A DNA stretch of 64,000 bases from Acidobacteriota bacterium (lineage in GTDB: Bacteria > Acidobacteriota > UBA6911 > RPQK01 > JADFOI01), in the NCBI GenBank assembly GCA_963663035.1, contig OY760074.1, forward strand, positions 1,600,001-1,664,000, written 5' to 3'. The translations under genes were made by a program, and so were the position numbers. The notes beneath the pieces were generated by a model. That model saw nothing but the letters and a program-made list of their open reading frames with translations, made no database searches and was not told the origin of the DNA. Positions 19,485-29,873 of this stretch are shown one piece after another. Every line of letters begins with the position of its first letter. The first letter of the stretch is position 1.

Positions 19485-20401
19485 AGCGGGAAACAACGGT
19501 TTGGCTGATACTCATGCTGTTGGGCGCCGCCGGTCTCATCGGGCGGGCCGCCTTCACCTCCCCGGGCATGGGCCGGGAATACGTGCAGGCCGTGTCCATC
19601 GCTGACGGCCAGCGGACACAATACCAGCAGGCAACCTTTGCGCAGTACCAGGGAGCCCTGGCCGCCGATTCGAACCAGACTGAATTCCTCTTTAGCCTGC
19701 CTCGCACGATCGGACTGTGGATCGCAGCCTTCTTCACGCTGGCCATCTTCTCTTTCCTCTATAGAGACAATCCCTTTTACCGAGCGGCCGAGTCCATTGT
19801 GGTTGGCGTCTCGGCCGGTTACTGGATGGTGGTCGGCTTCTGGGACGTGCTGGTACCCAACCTGTTCGGCAAGATTTTACCCGAAGTGGTCCAGGCCACA
19901 GCCATGCCAGGCCTCAGCGGACCAGAGGCGGAGCGCAACCTCTCGTATGTCATCCCGCTGGTCCTGGGCATTATGCTGCTGTGGCGGCTTTCGCCCAAGG
20001 GTGCCTGGATCTCCCGCTGGCCGTTGGCTTTTATCATCGGGACCACCGCCGGGCTGAGAATGATCGCGTTTTTGCACGGCGACTTTCTCGCCCAGATTCG
20101 CAACTCCATCCTGCCCCTGGTCGTGATCAACCAGGGGGCTTTCGACTTCTCAGCGTCGCTGACCAACCTGATAATGTTGGTCGGCGTGCTCTGCTGTCTC
20201 ACCTACTTTTTCTTCTCCTTCGAGCACAAGGGTGTTGTGGGGGGCGCGGCCAAGGTGGGTATCTGGATCTTGATGATTACTTTCGGTGCCGCCTTCGGCT
20301 ACACGGTCATGGGACGTATTGCGCTGCTGGCCATCCGCCTTGAGTTTCTACTCGATGACTGGCTCTGGCTGATCGATCCGCTCGGGAGACGTCTGCTGTA
20401 A
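19481..20401 (+). CDS. Polytopic membrane protein (operon member)
   Basis: Start reassigned to ATG 19481 (ATGA overlap); SFLYRDNPFYRAAE, LMITFGAAFGYTVMGRI. Confidence 0.8.
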   Translation: MKRETTVWLILMLLGAAGLIGRAAFTSPGMGREYVQAVSIADGQRTQYQQATFAQYQGALAADSNQTEFLFSLPRTIGLWIAAFFTLAIFSFLYRDNPFYRAAESIVVGVSAGYWMVVGFWDVLVPNLFGKILPEVVQATAMPGLSGPEAERNLSYVIPLVLGIMLLWRLSPKGAWISRWPLAFIIGTTAGLRMIAFLHGDFLAQIRNSILPLVVINQGAFDFSASLTNLIMLVGVLCCLTYFFFSFEHKGVVGGAAKVGIWILMITFGAAFGYTVMGRIALLAIRLEFLLDDWLWLIDPLGRRLL

Positions 20402-20435
20402 GCAGAAGATGGGGGGCGGCGTCCCTCCACTTTTT

Positions 20436-20870
20436 CTAGCGAATACCCGTGATGTAGTTCTCAAGCTGAGAGATCACGAACTCCTGCTCAGAGATGACGG
20501 CCTTGACCACGTCCCCGATGGAGATCACGCCAACCAACTTCTCGTCTTCCAGGACAGGCAGATGCCGGATACGTCTATCCGTCATAAGGGCCATACACTC
20601 TTCAATGGTCTGGTCGGTGCGAACACAGGACACCCGGCGGCTCATGATTTCTCCAATGGTCGTGCCCCGGGAAGTTTTCCCCTTCAAAACCACCTTCCTG
20701 GCGTAATCCCTTTCTGAAAAAATACCCACCAGATCATCCCCGTCCAGCACGAGCAGGGCCCCGATGCGGTGCTCATCCATAAGCTGCAGGGCGTCATACA
20801 CCGAGGTATCGGGTCTGGCGGACCACAGATCGTGGCCTTTGGTTTGCAATAGCTGCCGGATGGTGTTCAT
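20436..20870 (-). CDS. CBS-domain pair protein
   Basis: IGALLV, GIFSERDY, IRHLPV, GVISIGDVVK. Confidence 0.92.
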   Translation of the reverse strand: MNTIRQLLQTKGHDLWSARPDTSVYDALQLMDEHRIGALLVLDGDDLVGIFSERDYARKVVLKGKTSRGTTIGEIMSRRVSCVRTDQTIEECMALMTDRRIRHLPVLEDEKLVGVISIGDVVKAVISEQEFVISQLENYITGIR

Positions 20871-20968
20871 CGCCTCACTCCTCCGTCAACGAGGTGAATT
20901 TTCCCCTATTATGCCTCACACTTGGCTCTGGAGAAAGGGATTTGGCCCGAAAAATGACATTTCCAAGC

Positions 20969-22372
20969 TCAGAGCCCTTCTTTCACAGCAGCCGTGAGAG
21001 CTATGGCCACCTGTTTGGCATCGCCAAAGAGCATGAGAGCATTGTCTGCAGCAAACAGAGGGTTGGCAATTCCGGCGAATCCCGGACTGAGGCTTCTCTT
21101 GATGACCACGACCGAACGGGCCTGGTCCACATCCAAAATCGGCATGCCAGCAATGGGAATGGAGGGATCTGACTCTCGGGCCAGGGGGTTGACCACGTCG
21201 TTGGCGCCGATGACCAGCACCACATCGGTCTGCCGGAAGGTGGGGTTGATTTCATCCATGTCCTTCAATTTCTCGTAGGGTATATTGGCCTCCGCCAGCA
21301 GGACATTCATGTGTCCCGGCATCCGTCCAGCAACGGGATGAACAGCAAATTCCACCTCAACTCCTTTGGATTCCAACAGCTGGGCCAGATCCTGCACCAC
21401 GAACTGGGCCTGGGCAACGGCCATTCCATAGCCGGGAACGACGATCACCCGCCGGGCATCCTGCAACAGCATCGCCACTTCCTCCGCGGAGGCCGATTTG
21501 ACTCGCCCACTGTAAATGTCTTCACTCTCCTCTGCGGTCGCTACGGCGGCCCCTACGCCGGCAAACATAACGTTCGCCAGGGAGCGGTTCATGGCCCGGC
21601 ACATCAGAGCGGTGAGTATGAAGCCCGCGGCGCCCACCAGGGAGCCAGCAATGATCAGCACGCTGTTGTTCAGCACCCACCCGTGACCGGCAGCTGCCAC
21701 TCCTGAATAAGAGTTGAGCAGGGCGATGACTACCGGCATGTCGGCCCCTCCAATGGGTATGACCAGCATAATCCCCAGAAGAGAGGCAACCCCGGCCAAG
21801 ACCCAGAAGGGCAGTGAGGATGTGGGATCCAAGACCAGCCACACACTCAAGCCCAGGCAGATCATTACCAGCACGATGTTGAGGACGTGTCGGCCTGCTA
21901 GAAGGACCGGTCTCTCGTTGACCAGTCCCTGGAGTTTGCCAAAGGCAACGGCGCTGCCGGTGAAAGAGACTCCGCCAATGAGGGCAGAGAGTGCGGCGGC
22001 CACCGTGAACTGGACGGAGATTTCTTCGACGAATCCTCCTCTGAGTGCCTCTTCCAGGGCGGCTCCCACCGCCAGGGCCGAGGCACCACCTCCAAAGCCG
22101 TTGAAAACGGCGACCACTTGGGGCATAGCGGTCATGGATGTTCGGTAGGCAAGGATCACCCCCACCAGAGCACCCACCACCAGTCCCGCCACAATGATCT
22201 CAAAGCTGACGATGCGCCTGTCCAGGAGTGTCACCACCACCGCCAGGAGCATGCCCGCTGATCCCAGAAGATTGCCCCGTACGGCCGTGCGGGGATGGGA
22301 CAGTCCTTTCAGCCCGAGGATAAAGAGGACGGCGGCAATCAGGTAAAAGAGGTCAATGAGTGCTTGTGACAA
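20969..22372 (-). CDS. pntB: NAD(P) transhydrogenase beta subunit
   Basis: IGGADMPVVI, VPGYGMAVAQAQ, HPVAGRMPGHMNVLLAEA, GANDVVNP. Confidence 0.96.
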   Translation of the reverse strand: MSQALIDLFYLIAAVLFILGLKGLSHPRTAVRGNLLGSAGMLLAVVVTLLDRRIVSFEIIVAGLVVGALVGVILAYRTSMTAMPQVVAVFNGFGGGASALAVGAALEEALRGGFVEEISVQFTVAAALSALIGGVSFTGSAVAFGKLQGLVNERPVLLAGRHVLNIVLVMICLGLSVWLVLDPTSSLPFWVLAGVASLLGIMLVIPIGGADMPVVIALLNSYSGVAAAGHGWVLNNSVLIIAGSLVGAAGFILTALMCRAMNRSLANVMFAGVGAAVATAEESEDIYSGRVKSASAEEVAMLLQDARRVIVVPGYGMAVAQAQFVVQDLAQLLESKGVEVEFAVHPVAGRMPGHMNVLLAEANIPYEKLKDMDEINPTFRQTDVVLVIGANDVVNPLARESDPSIPIAGMPILDVDQARSVVVIKRSLSPGFAGIANPLFAADNALMLFGDAKQVAIALTAAVKEGL

Positions 22373-22381
22373 TGTTTTTCC

Positions 22382-22663
22382 TTATTCCTTGCGACGAAAC
22401 ATTGCCAGCATGCGGTGAGTGATCAGGAAGCCTCCTACCACGTTGGCCGTCGCCATGGCCACGGCCAGGAAGCCTAGAATCGTGGTAAAAGTTGTCAATT
22501 GCAAGCCCGAGGTCACCAGGGTTCCCACCAGGGTAATGCCCGAGATCGCATTGGCTCCCGACATCAGGGGGGTGTGCAGGAGAGGTGGCACCTTGGTGAT
22601 CACCTCAAAGCCCACAAAAAGAGCCAACACAAAGATGGTCAAGGCCGCTACGAAAACTTCCAT
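22382..22663 (-). CDS. pntA: NAD(P) transhydrogenase alpha subunit part 2
   Basis: VPPLLHTPLMSGANAISG. Confidence 0.94.
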   Translation of the reverse strand: MEVFVAALTIFVLALFVGFEVITKVPPLLHTPLMSGANAISGITLVGTLVTSGLQLTTFTTILGFLAVAMATANVVGGFLITHRMLAMFRRKE

Positions 22664-23859
22664 CAGGATTTGCTCCTTCCATCGCCAATGGAAGCAGAGG
22701 CGGGTCCGGCCAGAAGTTCTCGCACCTGGGCATTGACCACCTCTCCCTGGTGAGTGAGAAGACTCTCGCCAATGATCTCGTCTTCCAAATTGAGCTGCAC
22801 TTGGCCGTCCTTCACCAGGTTCTGAAGGAAGGCTGTGACATTTCTGGAATACATCTGGCTGGCATGGTAAGGGACGGTGGAGGGCAAGTCGACAGGCCCC
22901 AGAATCGTGACGCCGTGACGCTCTACCGTTTCCCCGGGTTGAGTCAGCTCACAGTTCCCCCCCGAATCGGCAGCCAGATCCAGGATCACGGATCCCGGGC
23001 GCATTCCCTGGACCGCAGCCTCGGGAATGAGCATCGGTGCCTTCTTCCCCGATACCGCCGCCGTAGTGATAACGACATCGCTTTCGGCAATCACTCGCGT
23101 CATCAGCTCTCGCTGGCGCCGGTAAAAGTCCTCCTCCATGGTGCGGGCATATCCCCCAGATTCCTCTGCATCCGCGCTCTTCAACTCCAGTTCCAGGAAC
23201 TTGACCCCCAGGCTCTCCACTTGCTCCTTGACCGCAGGCCGCACATCGTAAGCCTGCACCACTGCCCCCAGGCGGTGAGCGGTGGCAATGGCTTGCAGCC
23301 CGGCTACGCCTGCTCCGATGACAAGCACTCGAGCCGGGGAGAGGGTTCCGGCGGCGGTCATCATCAAGGGATACATCTTGTGGAGCGCCCCGGCCGCCAC
23401 CAGAACGGCTTTGTAGCCAGCCACCGTGGCCATGGAGGTCAGCGCATCCATGGGCTGTGCTCGGCTGATCCGTGGAAGCAGCTCCAGCGCAAAGGCGGTG
23501 ATTCCCCTTTCGGCCAGCTCTCGCGCGACTTCCGGCGCCCCCAAGGGGTTCAGGAGGCCCAGCACGATCTGACCCCGGCGCATCAAGTCCAGATCTTCCT
23601 GGCCCACACCAGGGTTGGCATCCAGAGGATGCACTTGCAAGAGCACATCGGCCGAGGCAAACACTTCCTTGCGATCCGGTGCCAGGCGCGCTCCCTGATC
23701 CTGGTAGTCGGCGTCGGGAAAGCCGGCCCTTTGACCCGCTCCGCTTTGCACCAGAACCTCCAGGCCGGCTTCGGCCAACTTCGGCACCTCCCCAGGCACC
23801 AGGGCTACCCGCCGCTCCTCAGGATAGGTCTCAACAGCTACTCCGACGATCATCTCCAC
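22663..23859 (-). CDS. pntA: NAD(P) transhydrogenase alpha subunit part 1
   Basis: ERRVALVP, PRISRAQ, GAGVAGL, DLAADSGGNCE. Confidence 0.95.
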   Translation of the reverse strand: MEMIVGVAVETYPEERRVALVPGEVPKLAEAGLEVLVQSGAGQRAGFPDADYQDQGARLAPDRKEVFASADVLLQVHPLDANPGVGQEDLDLMRRGQIVLGLLNPLGAPEVARELAERGITAFALELLPRISRAQPMDALTSMATVAGYKAVLVAAGALHKMYPLMMTAAGTLSPARVLVIGAGVAGLQAIATAHRLGAVVQAYDVRPAVKEQVESLGVKFLELELKSADAEESGGYARTMEEDFYRRQRELMTRVIAESDVVITTAAVSGKKAPMLIPEAAVQGMRPGSVILDLAADSGGNCELTQPGETVERHGVTILGPVDLPSTVPYHASQMYSRNVTAFLQNLVKDGQVQLNLEDEIIGESLLTHQGEVVNAQVRELLAGPASASIGDGRSKS

Positions 23860-23896
23860 CTCAATAGTTAGCCTGGATTATCCATAATTCGCGCTG

Positions 23897-24168
23897 GTGT
23901 CTCGTCCCATGAATACCATGACGTTTGTGGCGAGCGCGACGGCGTCGAGTTCGCGAAGCGACGACGACGCGATGTCAGTGACATCGTGGAGGAGGAGCGA
24001 CAAAGGAATTGATGCCGTCCCGCCGCCACCCTTTGGGCTAATGGGGGTTGCGGGCGATCTCTGTGTCGCTCGTCGTCGCCGATGTCCCTACATCACCTCC
24101 TCCTCGCTCCTTGATCTCCCCTCCCAAGCCCCATCAGCAAACATCTGGGTATACATGGGACGAGACAC
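23897..24168. mobile_element. MITE-like palindromic element, family B
   Basis: TIR GTGTCTCGTCCCATGAATAC...GTATACATGGGACGAGACAC; 272 bp; near-identical to 46803-47075. Confidence 0.87.
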
Positions 24169-24203
24169 TAAAGCATATCTTAAGAGGTCTGACCCTGAAA
24201 GGA

Positions 24204-24959
24204 TTATCCCGGCATGATATCGCCGCCGTTTTGATAAACAATCTGACCGGTAAACCAGCGACAGTCATCGGAAGCCAGAAAGAGGACCATGGAGGCGATC
24301 TCCTCGGGCATTCCGATCCGACCCAGCGGAAGCTCTGCACCCAGTCTCCGCTTATCTTCCTCCGTATAGAGCCTTCCCCCGCGGGGCAAGGGAGTGTCCA
24401 CCGGGCCAGGAGCCACAGCATTGACCAAAACCCCGTAAGGAGCGCCTTCCAGGGCCAGCGATTTGGTGAGTGCATTGACCCCTGCTTTGGAGGCGGCATA
24501 GTGAGCCGCAAATGGAATTCCCCTTGCTGCATGCCCAGCGGAGATATTGATGATTCTGCCCCCCTGCTGAGCGATCATGTGTCCAAGCACTTCTTTGCAA
24601 GCTAAAAAGGTGCCTTTGAGGTTGACGGCGATCACCTTGTCCCACTCCTTCTCCTCGACTTCCTGAACCGTTGCATGGGGAAAGATGCCGGCCGAGTTGA
24701 CCAGGATGTCTATCTTTTCAAAGGCTTCCAGAGTCTGCCGGACCAGCTCCTGGACCTGTTTCCGCTGGGTGACGTCCACGATACTCCCCAGGGCCTGCTG
24801 TCCGCTTTCCTGGATTTCCTGCAAGACTCCTTCAACGCGTTCTGCTTCAAGATCACCGATTGCAACGGCTGCACCATGGCTCGCTAAGGCGAGAGCAGTA
24901 GCTCGTCCAATCCCACTCCCTCCACCCATGACGATAGCCGTTTTTCCCTGAACATCCAT
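24204..24959 (-). CDS. Short-chain dehydrogenase/reductase
   Basis: GGGSGIG, NSAG, YAASK. Confidence 0.92.
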   Translation of the reverse strand: MDVQGKTAIVMGGGSGIGRATALALASHGAAVAIGDLEAERVEGVLQEIQESGQQALGSIVDVTQRKQVQELVRQTLEAFEKIDILVNSAGIFPHATVQEVEEKEWDKVIAVNLKGTFLACKEVLGHMIAQQGGRIINISAGHAARGIPFAAHYAASKAGVNALTKSLALEGAPYGVLVNAVAPGPVDTPLPRGGRLYTEEDKRRLGAELPLGRIGMPEEIASMVLFLASDDCRWFTGQIVYQNGGDIMPG

Positions 24960-25134
24960 ACTAGCCCTCCCAAAATGGCGTACAAGATATCACCCCTTCA
25001 CGAGCCTCTCAAGTCCAACTGCCGGAAGAGTGACAAACACTAACTTTCTGGTTTGTTCTTGACATGCCTGAGAATGTTTACTAAATAACAGGGCTTCAAC
25101 AGTTCTGAAGTCTCTTTCCGAACAGGAGTATGTG

Positions 25135-25881
25135 ATGGGAGAATTTGAAGGTCGTGTGGTGGTTGTGACCGGTGGCGGAATTGGACTGGGTAAAGCCTTC
25201 TCTCGAGGTTTTGCCGCTGCCGGCGCGCAGGTGGTGGTTGCCGACATTGCAGAAGAGGAGGCCAAGACCATCGCAGAGGAGATCAATGGACTGGCGGTGC
25301 GTGTGGATGTCTCCAGTGAATCCGATACACAGGCCATGGCCAAGGCCGCGCATGATAAGTATGGACGCATCGACGTTCTGATTAATAACGCCTCCCTTTG
25401 GACTGCGCTTCTTCCCATGAAGCCCTGGACCGAGATTCCTGTTGAGGAATGGGACCGGGTGATGGCGGTCAATGTCAAAGGCTACTTTCTGGCGGCACGA
25501 GCGGTGTTCCCCTACATGAAAGAACAAGGATGGGGACGCATTGTCAACCTCTCCTCCAATACTGCCCTGAGCGGCGTCCCCGGCATATTGCACTATGTGA
25601 CCTCGAAGGGAGCCGCTATTGGATTCACCCGGGCCCTGGCTCGGGAAATCGGTAAGGAGGGGATCACGGTCAACGCCATAACCCCTGGCCTGACCTCCAC
25701 GGAAGGTGTCAAGCAGCATTATTCAGAAGAGATGTTGGAATCGCGAGTCACCGCTCGATCCATCCAGCGCATACAGCAACCCGATGATTTAGTGGGAGCG
25801 GTGATGTTTTTGGCCTCGGAGTCAGCCGGGTTCATCACCGGTCAGGTTCTGAACATCGACGGCGGGCAGCTCATGCACTAA
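25135..25881 (+). CDS. Short-chain dehydrogenase/reductase
   Basis: TGGGIGLG, NNAS, YVTSK; AGGAG SD. Confidence 0.92.
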   Translation: MGEFEGRVVVVTGGGIGLGKAFSRGFAAAGAQVVVADIAEEEAKTIAEEINGLAVRVDVSSESDTQAMAKAAHDKYGRIDVLINNASLWTALLPMKPWTEIPVEEWDRVMAVNVKGYFLAARAVFPYMKEQGWGRIVNLSSNTALSGVPGILHYVTSKGAAIGFTRALAREIGKEGITVNAITPGLTSTEGVKQHYSEEMLESRVTARSIQRIQQPDDLVGAVMFLASESAGFITGQVLNIDGGQLMH

Positions 25882-25942
25882 CCCCGTCGAAACATCATTC
25901 GCGTAACTTCGAGACTATTCTTTAAGGAGAGGAGAAAACTTT

Positions 25943-27589
25943 ATGAAGAAGTATGAATTTGACGGTGTCATTATAGGAGCTGGTCACAATGCCCTGGTCA
26001 TGGCCGGATACTTGGCCAAATCCGGTTTGAAAGTGGCGGTGTTGGAGCGAACTGCTTTTGTGGGGGGAGGCGCCGGCACCTTTCCGAGTCCTTTCCACCC
26101 CGGCTTTGTGCACGAATACCACTCCCAGTTTCATCGTGGCATCCCCAATCTTCCCTGGTACAAGGACCTGGACCTGGACAACTACGGACTCGAGTATATC
26201 TATCCCCCGGTGAACAACGGAATGCCTTTGAGTGACGGCCGGAACCTGATCGTTCATGCTGATCCGGAGATCACCAAGAAGTCCATCGAGAGGTTTTCCA
26301 AAAAGGATGCGGAGACTTATTTCAAGATTTACCATAAGTACGCGGATATGGGCCGCAAGATCTGGTTCGTCAGGGATTACTCTCCCCCCATCCACCCCGA
26401 TGAGGAAGAGGAATTGCTGAAAAAAAGCCAGGTGGGCCGGGAGTTCCTGGAGCTCAACAAGAAAAGCGCTCACGAAATGGTTCACGAACTTTTCGAGAAC
26501 GATGCTTTGCGGGCCTTCTATCTATTCCTCTTTTCGGTCAGAGGATACCTGCCCGTTCCCACCGTGAAAAACACTGGCTTTTCCATCGTGGCTATGACCG
26601 TCATGGGAAACAAGGCCATGATGCCCAGGGGGGGAGCACGTCAGCTGACCAATGCTTTGAGCTGGATGGTCGCCCGTCACAACGGCACCTTTTTTCCGGC
26701 CACGGAAGTGGCCGAGATTATCATCGAGAACGGTCGAGCTGCCGGCGTGGAGGCAGTGGATGGCCGCAAATTCATGGCCAAGAAGTTTGTCGTCAGCAGT
26801 GTCGATCCCACCCAAACCTTTCTACGATTCATCAGCGAAAAACACCTGGACAGTGCGATCATCGAGGGAATCAAGAACTATAAGTACGGTGTCTCGGGCA
26901 AGAGCTTCGGTGTGCTTTTCGCCCTTCATGCGGCCACCCATGAGCCGCCCCACTACACTTCCGCGAAGTGGGATCCAATGATCAACCAAGCTTTCAACAC
27001 CTGTGTCGGTTATGAGACACCCGAAGAGGTTGTCGGCCATCTCAGTGAAGTCATGGAAGGGACACCCACCGAGAACCTTGGAATCCAATGTGCGGTCCCG
27101 ACACTGTTCGATCCGAGCCGCTCACCCAATGGAAAGCATGTTTTGCTGGCCTGGCAATTTGCACCCTACTCCATTAAAGACGGAGGCCCCGAGCAATGGG
27201 AGAAGATCAAGGATCAGTATCTCGAAAAGGTCTTGGCCCGCTGGGCGGAGTATGCTCCCAATTTAGACCCCAACGGGAAGAACATCATCTACAAGTTTTC
27301 CGAGACACCTCCTGACACTGAACGCCATTTGATCAATATGCGCGAAGGAGATTTCCACGTAGGGGCGCTCATTCCGGAACAGTTGGGCTATAACCGGCCA
27401 ATTCCACAGCTCTCCGGCTATAAAGCTCCCATCGATAACCTCTATCTCACCGGGGCTGGAACCCATCCCGGGGGCAACATCACCGGAGCCCCTGGGTACA
27501 ATGCCGCTCAAGTCGTGATTCGGGACCTGGGCATGGACGTGTGGTGGAATCCACCGGACCCGAGAAAAGTATGGTCCGAGATGGATTGA
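25943..27589 (+). CDS. Phytoene-dehydrogenase-like FAD-dependent oxidoreductase
   Basis: GAGHNAL, LYLTGAGTHPGGNITGAPGYNAA. Confidence 0.88.
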   Translation: MKKYEFDGVIIGAGHNALVMAGYLAKSGLKVAVLERTAFVGGGAGTFPSPFHPGFVHEYHSQFHRGIPNLPWYKDLDLDNYGLEYIYPPVNNGMPLSDGRNLIVHADPEITKKSIERFSKKDAETYFKIYHKYADMGRKIWFVRDYSPPIHPDEEEELLKKSQVGREFLELNKKSAHEMVHELFENDALRAFYLFLFSVRGYLPVPTVKNTGFSIVAMTVMGNKAMMPRGGARQLTNALSWMVARHNGTFFPATEVAEIIIENGRAAGVEAVDGRKFMAKKFVVSSVDPTQTFLRFISEKHLDSAIIEGIKNYKYGVSGKSFGVLFALHAATHEPPHYTSAKWDPMINQAFNTCVGYETPEEVVGHLSEVMEGTPTENLGIQCAVPTLFDPSRSPNGKHVLLAWQFAPYSIKDGGPEQWEKIKDQYLEKVLARWAEYAPNLDPNGKNIIYKFSETPPDTERHLINMREGDFHVGALIPEQLGYNRPIPQLSGYKAPIDNLYLTGAGTHPGGNITGAPGYNAAQVVIRDLGMDVWWNPPDPRKVWSEMD

Positions 27590-27603
27590 CCGGAGGCAGT
27601 GGC

Positions 27604-29013
27604 TTGAACGACATTTCCTCCTTGTTAGAGCCTCGGTCGGTGGCGGTGATCGGGGCCTCTTCGAATCCGCAGAAATCCGGTCACATCTTGCTCAAAAGTA
27701 TCCTTGTCAATAACTACAAGGGCCAGGTCTACCCCATCAACCCAAACTCCGAAGAGATCCTGGGGTGCAAAGCCTACAAGACCATCCTCGAGGTACCGGG
27801 TGAGATAGACCTGGTTTTCTTTCTTCTGCCCGGCCAATTCCTGGAGGAACTTTTCAAGGATTGCCGACAAAAGGGGGTGAAGGCCGCCGTAATTGTGGCG
27901 GCAGGTTTCAGCGAGACCGGAGAGGAAGGCGCTCAGGCCGAGGCCAAGCTTCGCCAGCTCATTCAAGAGTCGGGGATCCGGTGCATCGGCCCCAACACCA
28001 TCGGCTTTATCAACATGCAGGCTAGCCTGGTGGCCAGCTTCGTGCTCTTCACCAACTGGCAGGACGGCCCCATCGCCCTGGGCGCCCAGTCTGGCATCTT
28101 TGGGGGAGCAGTGGCCGACCAGTTGATGGCGCGCACGGTTCAGCGCCTGGGAATTTGTAAGAGCATCGCCTTCGGCAACAAGATCGACCTGGATGAGACG
28201 GATTTTCTCGAATATGTCTGGAAGGATCCTGCCACCAAGGTGATCGCCCTTCATCTGGAGGGACTGAGTCGCGTCCGCTCTTTTTTATCTCTGGCCAATA
28301 GGGTCAAGTGTGAGAAACCCATCATCGTCCTGAAAGCCGGGCGCACCGACCTGGGTGCCAGGGCCTCCGCTTCCCACACCGGCTCCCTGGCCGTGAACGA
28401 TGAGCTGCTGGACCATGCCTTCCGCCAGTATGGCCTGGTCCGGGCAGACGATCTGGAAGAGTTTCTCGAGTATATGAAGGCCTTTTCCTACCAACCTCTT
28501 CCCAAGGGCAAGCGGGTGGGAATCGTGACCTTCAGCGGCGCCAACGGTGTAATGGCCTCAGATGAGCTGCGCCAGCACGGATTCGAGTTGGCGAACCTGA
28601 CAAATCCCACCTGGCAGCGCATTAAGAAGTTTCTGCCGCCCTGGCAGCCCACCACACATCCTGTGGACCTGTGGGCGGCTCTCGGTGCCGGCAATAGACT
28701 GGTGCATGAGGAAGGTATTCTCTCTGTCCTGGACGATGAGAATACCGATGCCGTGTTGGTGATCTTACTGGCGCTTTCCAACGCCGACTTCGACGGCATT
28801 GGTGAGATCTATCAGGAAGCCAGACGGAAGCATCCTGAGAAGCCTCTCTTCACCGTGATGCTGGGGGGCGAGGTGAAAGAGAGGTGGCTCTCCGAGATAG
28901 AAGGGTTGAACATGCCGGTTTTCGAAACCACTCGCATGGCCATTAAATCACTCCAGGTCATGCTCTGGTACGCTCAGATCCGCGACCGGATGCAGCCCGA
29001 TCCCCGCTTGTGA
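27604..29013 (+). CDS. Acyl-CoA synthetase (NDP-forming) alpha subunit-like CoA-binding protein
   Basis: PRSVAVIGAS, IGPNTIG, phospho-His motif ASHTGSLA; TTG start at 27604 after GGAGG; no ATP-grasp domain. Confidence 0.87.
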   Translation: MNDISSLLEPRSVAVIGASSNPQKSGHILLKSILVNNYKGQVYPINPNSEEILGCKAYKTILEVPGEIDLVFFLLPGQFLEELFKDCRQKGVKAAVIVAAGFSETGEEGAQAEAKLRQLIQESGIRCIGPNTIGFINMQASLVASFVLFTNWQDGPIALGAQSGIFGGAVADQLMARTVQRLGICKSIAFGNKIDLDETDFLEYVWKDPATKVIALHLEGLSRVRSFLSLANRVKCEKPIIVLKAGRTDLGARASASHTGSLAVNDELLDHAFRQYGLVRADDLEEFLEYMKAFSYQPLPKGKRVGIVTFSGANGVMASDELRQHGFELANLTNPTWQRIKKFLPPWQPTTHPVDLWAALGAGNRLVHEEGILSVLDDENTDAVLVILLALSNADFDGIGEIYQEARRKHPEKPLFTVMLGGEVKERWLSEIEGLNMPVFETTRMAIKSLQVMLWYAQIRDRMQPDPRL

Positions 29014-29174
29014 GGACGAGGCTCGCTTTGAATTACGTGGGTTAGCTCGACCAAGGGAGACTCTTTTGGTGTCGCCTATGGTAAGTGGGGTGAAAGTGCT
29101 TGATTCCTTTTCAGCCACCACTATATACTCCCTGCCAGAAAAGCATATTCCGATCCAAGCGTAGGAGGTTTATT

Positions 29175-29699
29175 ATGGGAAAAGTGATTAAGAAAAAGGG
29201 CTGGATGGTCATCGCGGTCTTCGTGCTTCCCTTGCTGATGACATTTTTCGCCCTCGGACACGGTAACGATCATGGTCTTGCCAGCGCTCAGGTAGGGCAG
29301 GGTGAAGTCTCCATTGAGTTCCACCGGCCCCTGGCCAATGGCCGTGATGTTCTCAGCCTGATCCAGCCGGGAATCTACTGGATGATGGGGGCGGACGGAG
29401 CCACCCTATTGAACACGGACGTCGATCTGATCGTCGGTGGGACCACGGTCTCAAAAGGTCAGTACACTATTTCGGCTCACTTTCACGACGCGGAAAACTG
29501 GTCGCTCGTTCTATCAAATGATTCTGGTCGAAGAGGTTCGAAGCCACAAGAGATCGTTGCTGAAGTTCCCGGGACCCTCAGCCAGCTCAGCGCTCCCGTC
29601 GACCAGATGAACATCGAGCTCACCGGCCAGGGATCGAAGGCAACGCTTGTTCTCGAGTGGGGAAACAGTCGTTTGAGCGTCGACTTCTCCGCTGCTTGA
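29175..29699 (+). CDS. DUF2911-like exported protein
   Basis: ATG after AGGAGG; signal peptide; IEFHRP..GR, W..GADGAT, LEWGN. Confidence 0.75.
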   Translation: MGKVIKKKGWMVIAVFVLPLLMTFFALGHGNDHGLASAQVGQGEVSIEFHRPLANGRDVLSLIQPGIYWMMGADGATLLNTDVDLIVGGTTVSKGQYTISAHFHDAENWSLVLSNDSGRRGSKPQEIVAEVPGTLSQLSAPVDQMNIELTGQGSKATLVLEWGNSRLSVDFSAA

Positions 29700-29873
29700 A
29701 ACGGCAGTCCGGCCCTTCATTAAGGAAGCTTCTACAGCAGCCAGTACTCTCGGGGAGTCCTGTCGATCACAGCATCTGAATCCAGAAGCTGATTTCGTGA
29801 CGGATTGCTACCTCTGCAGACAGGAAGAGTACACATACCGGAGAGTCCACAAGGATCAAAGGAGAGACTGAAG

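Noticed and set aside
23897-24217. ORFs over family B copies (also 43943-44288 and 46831-47244)
   Set aside because: Repeat-derived, with no SD or recognisable domain.
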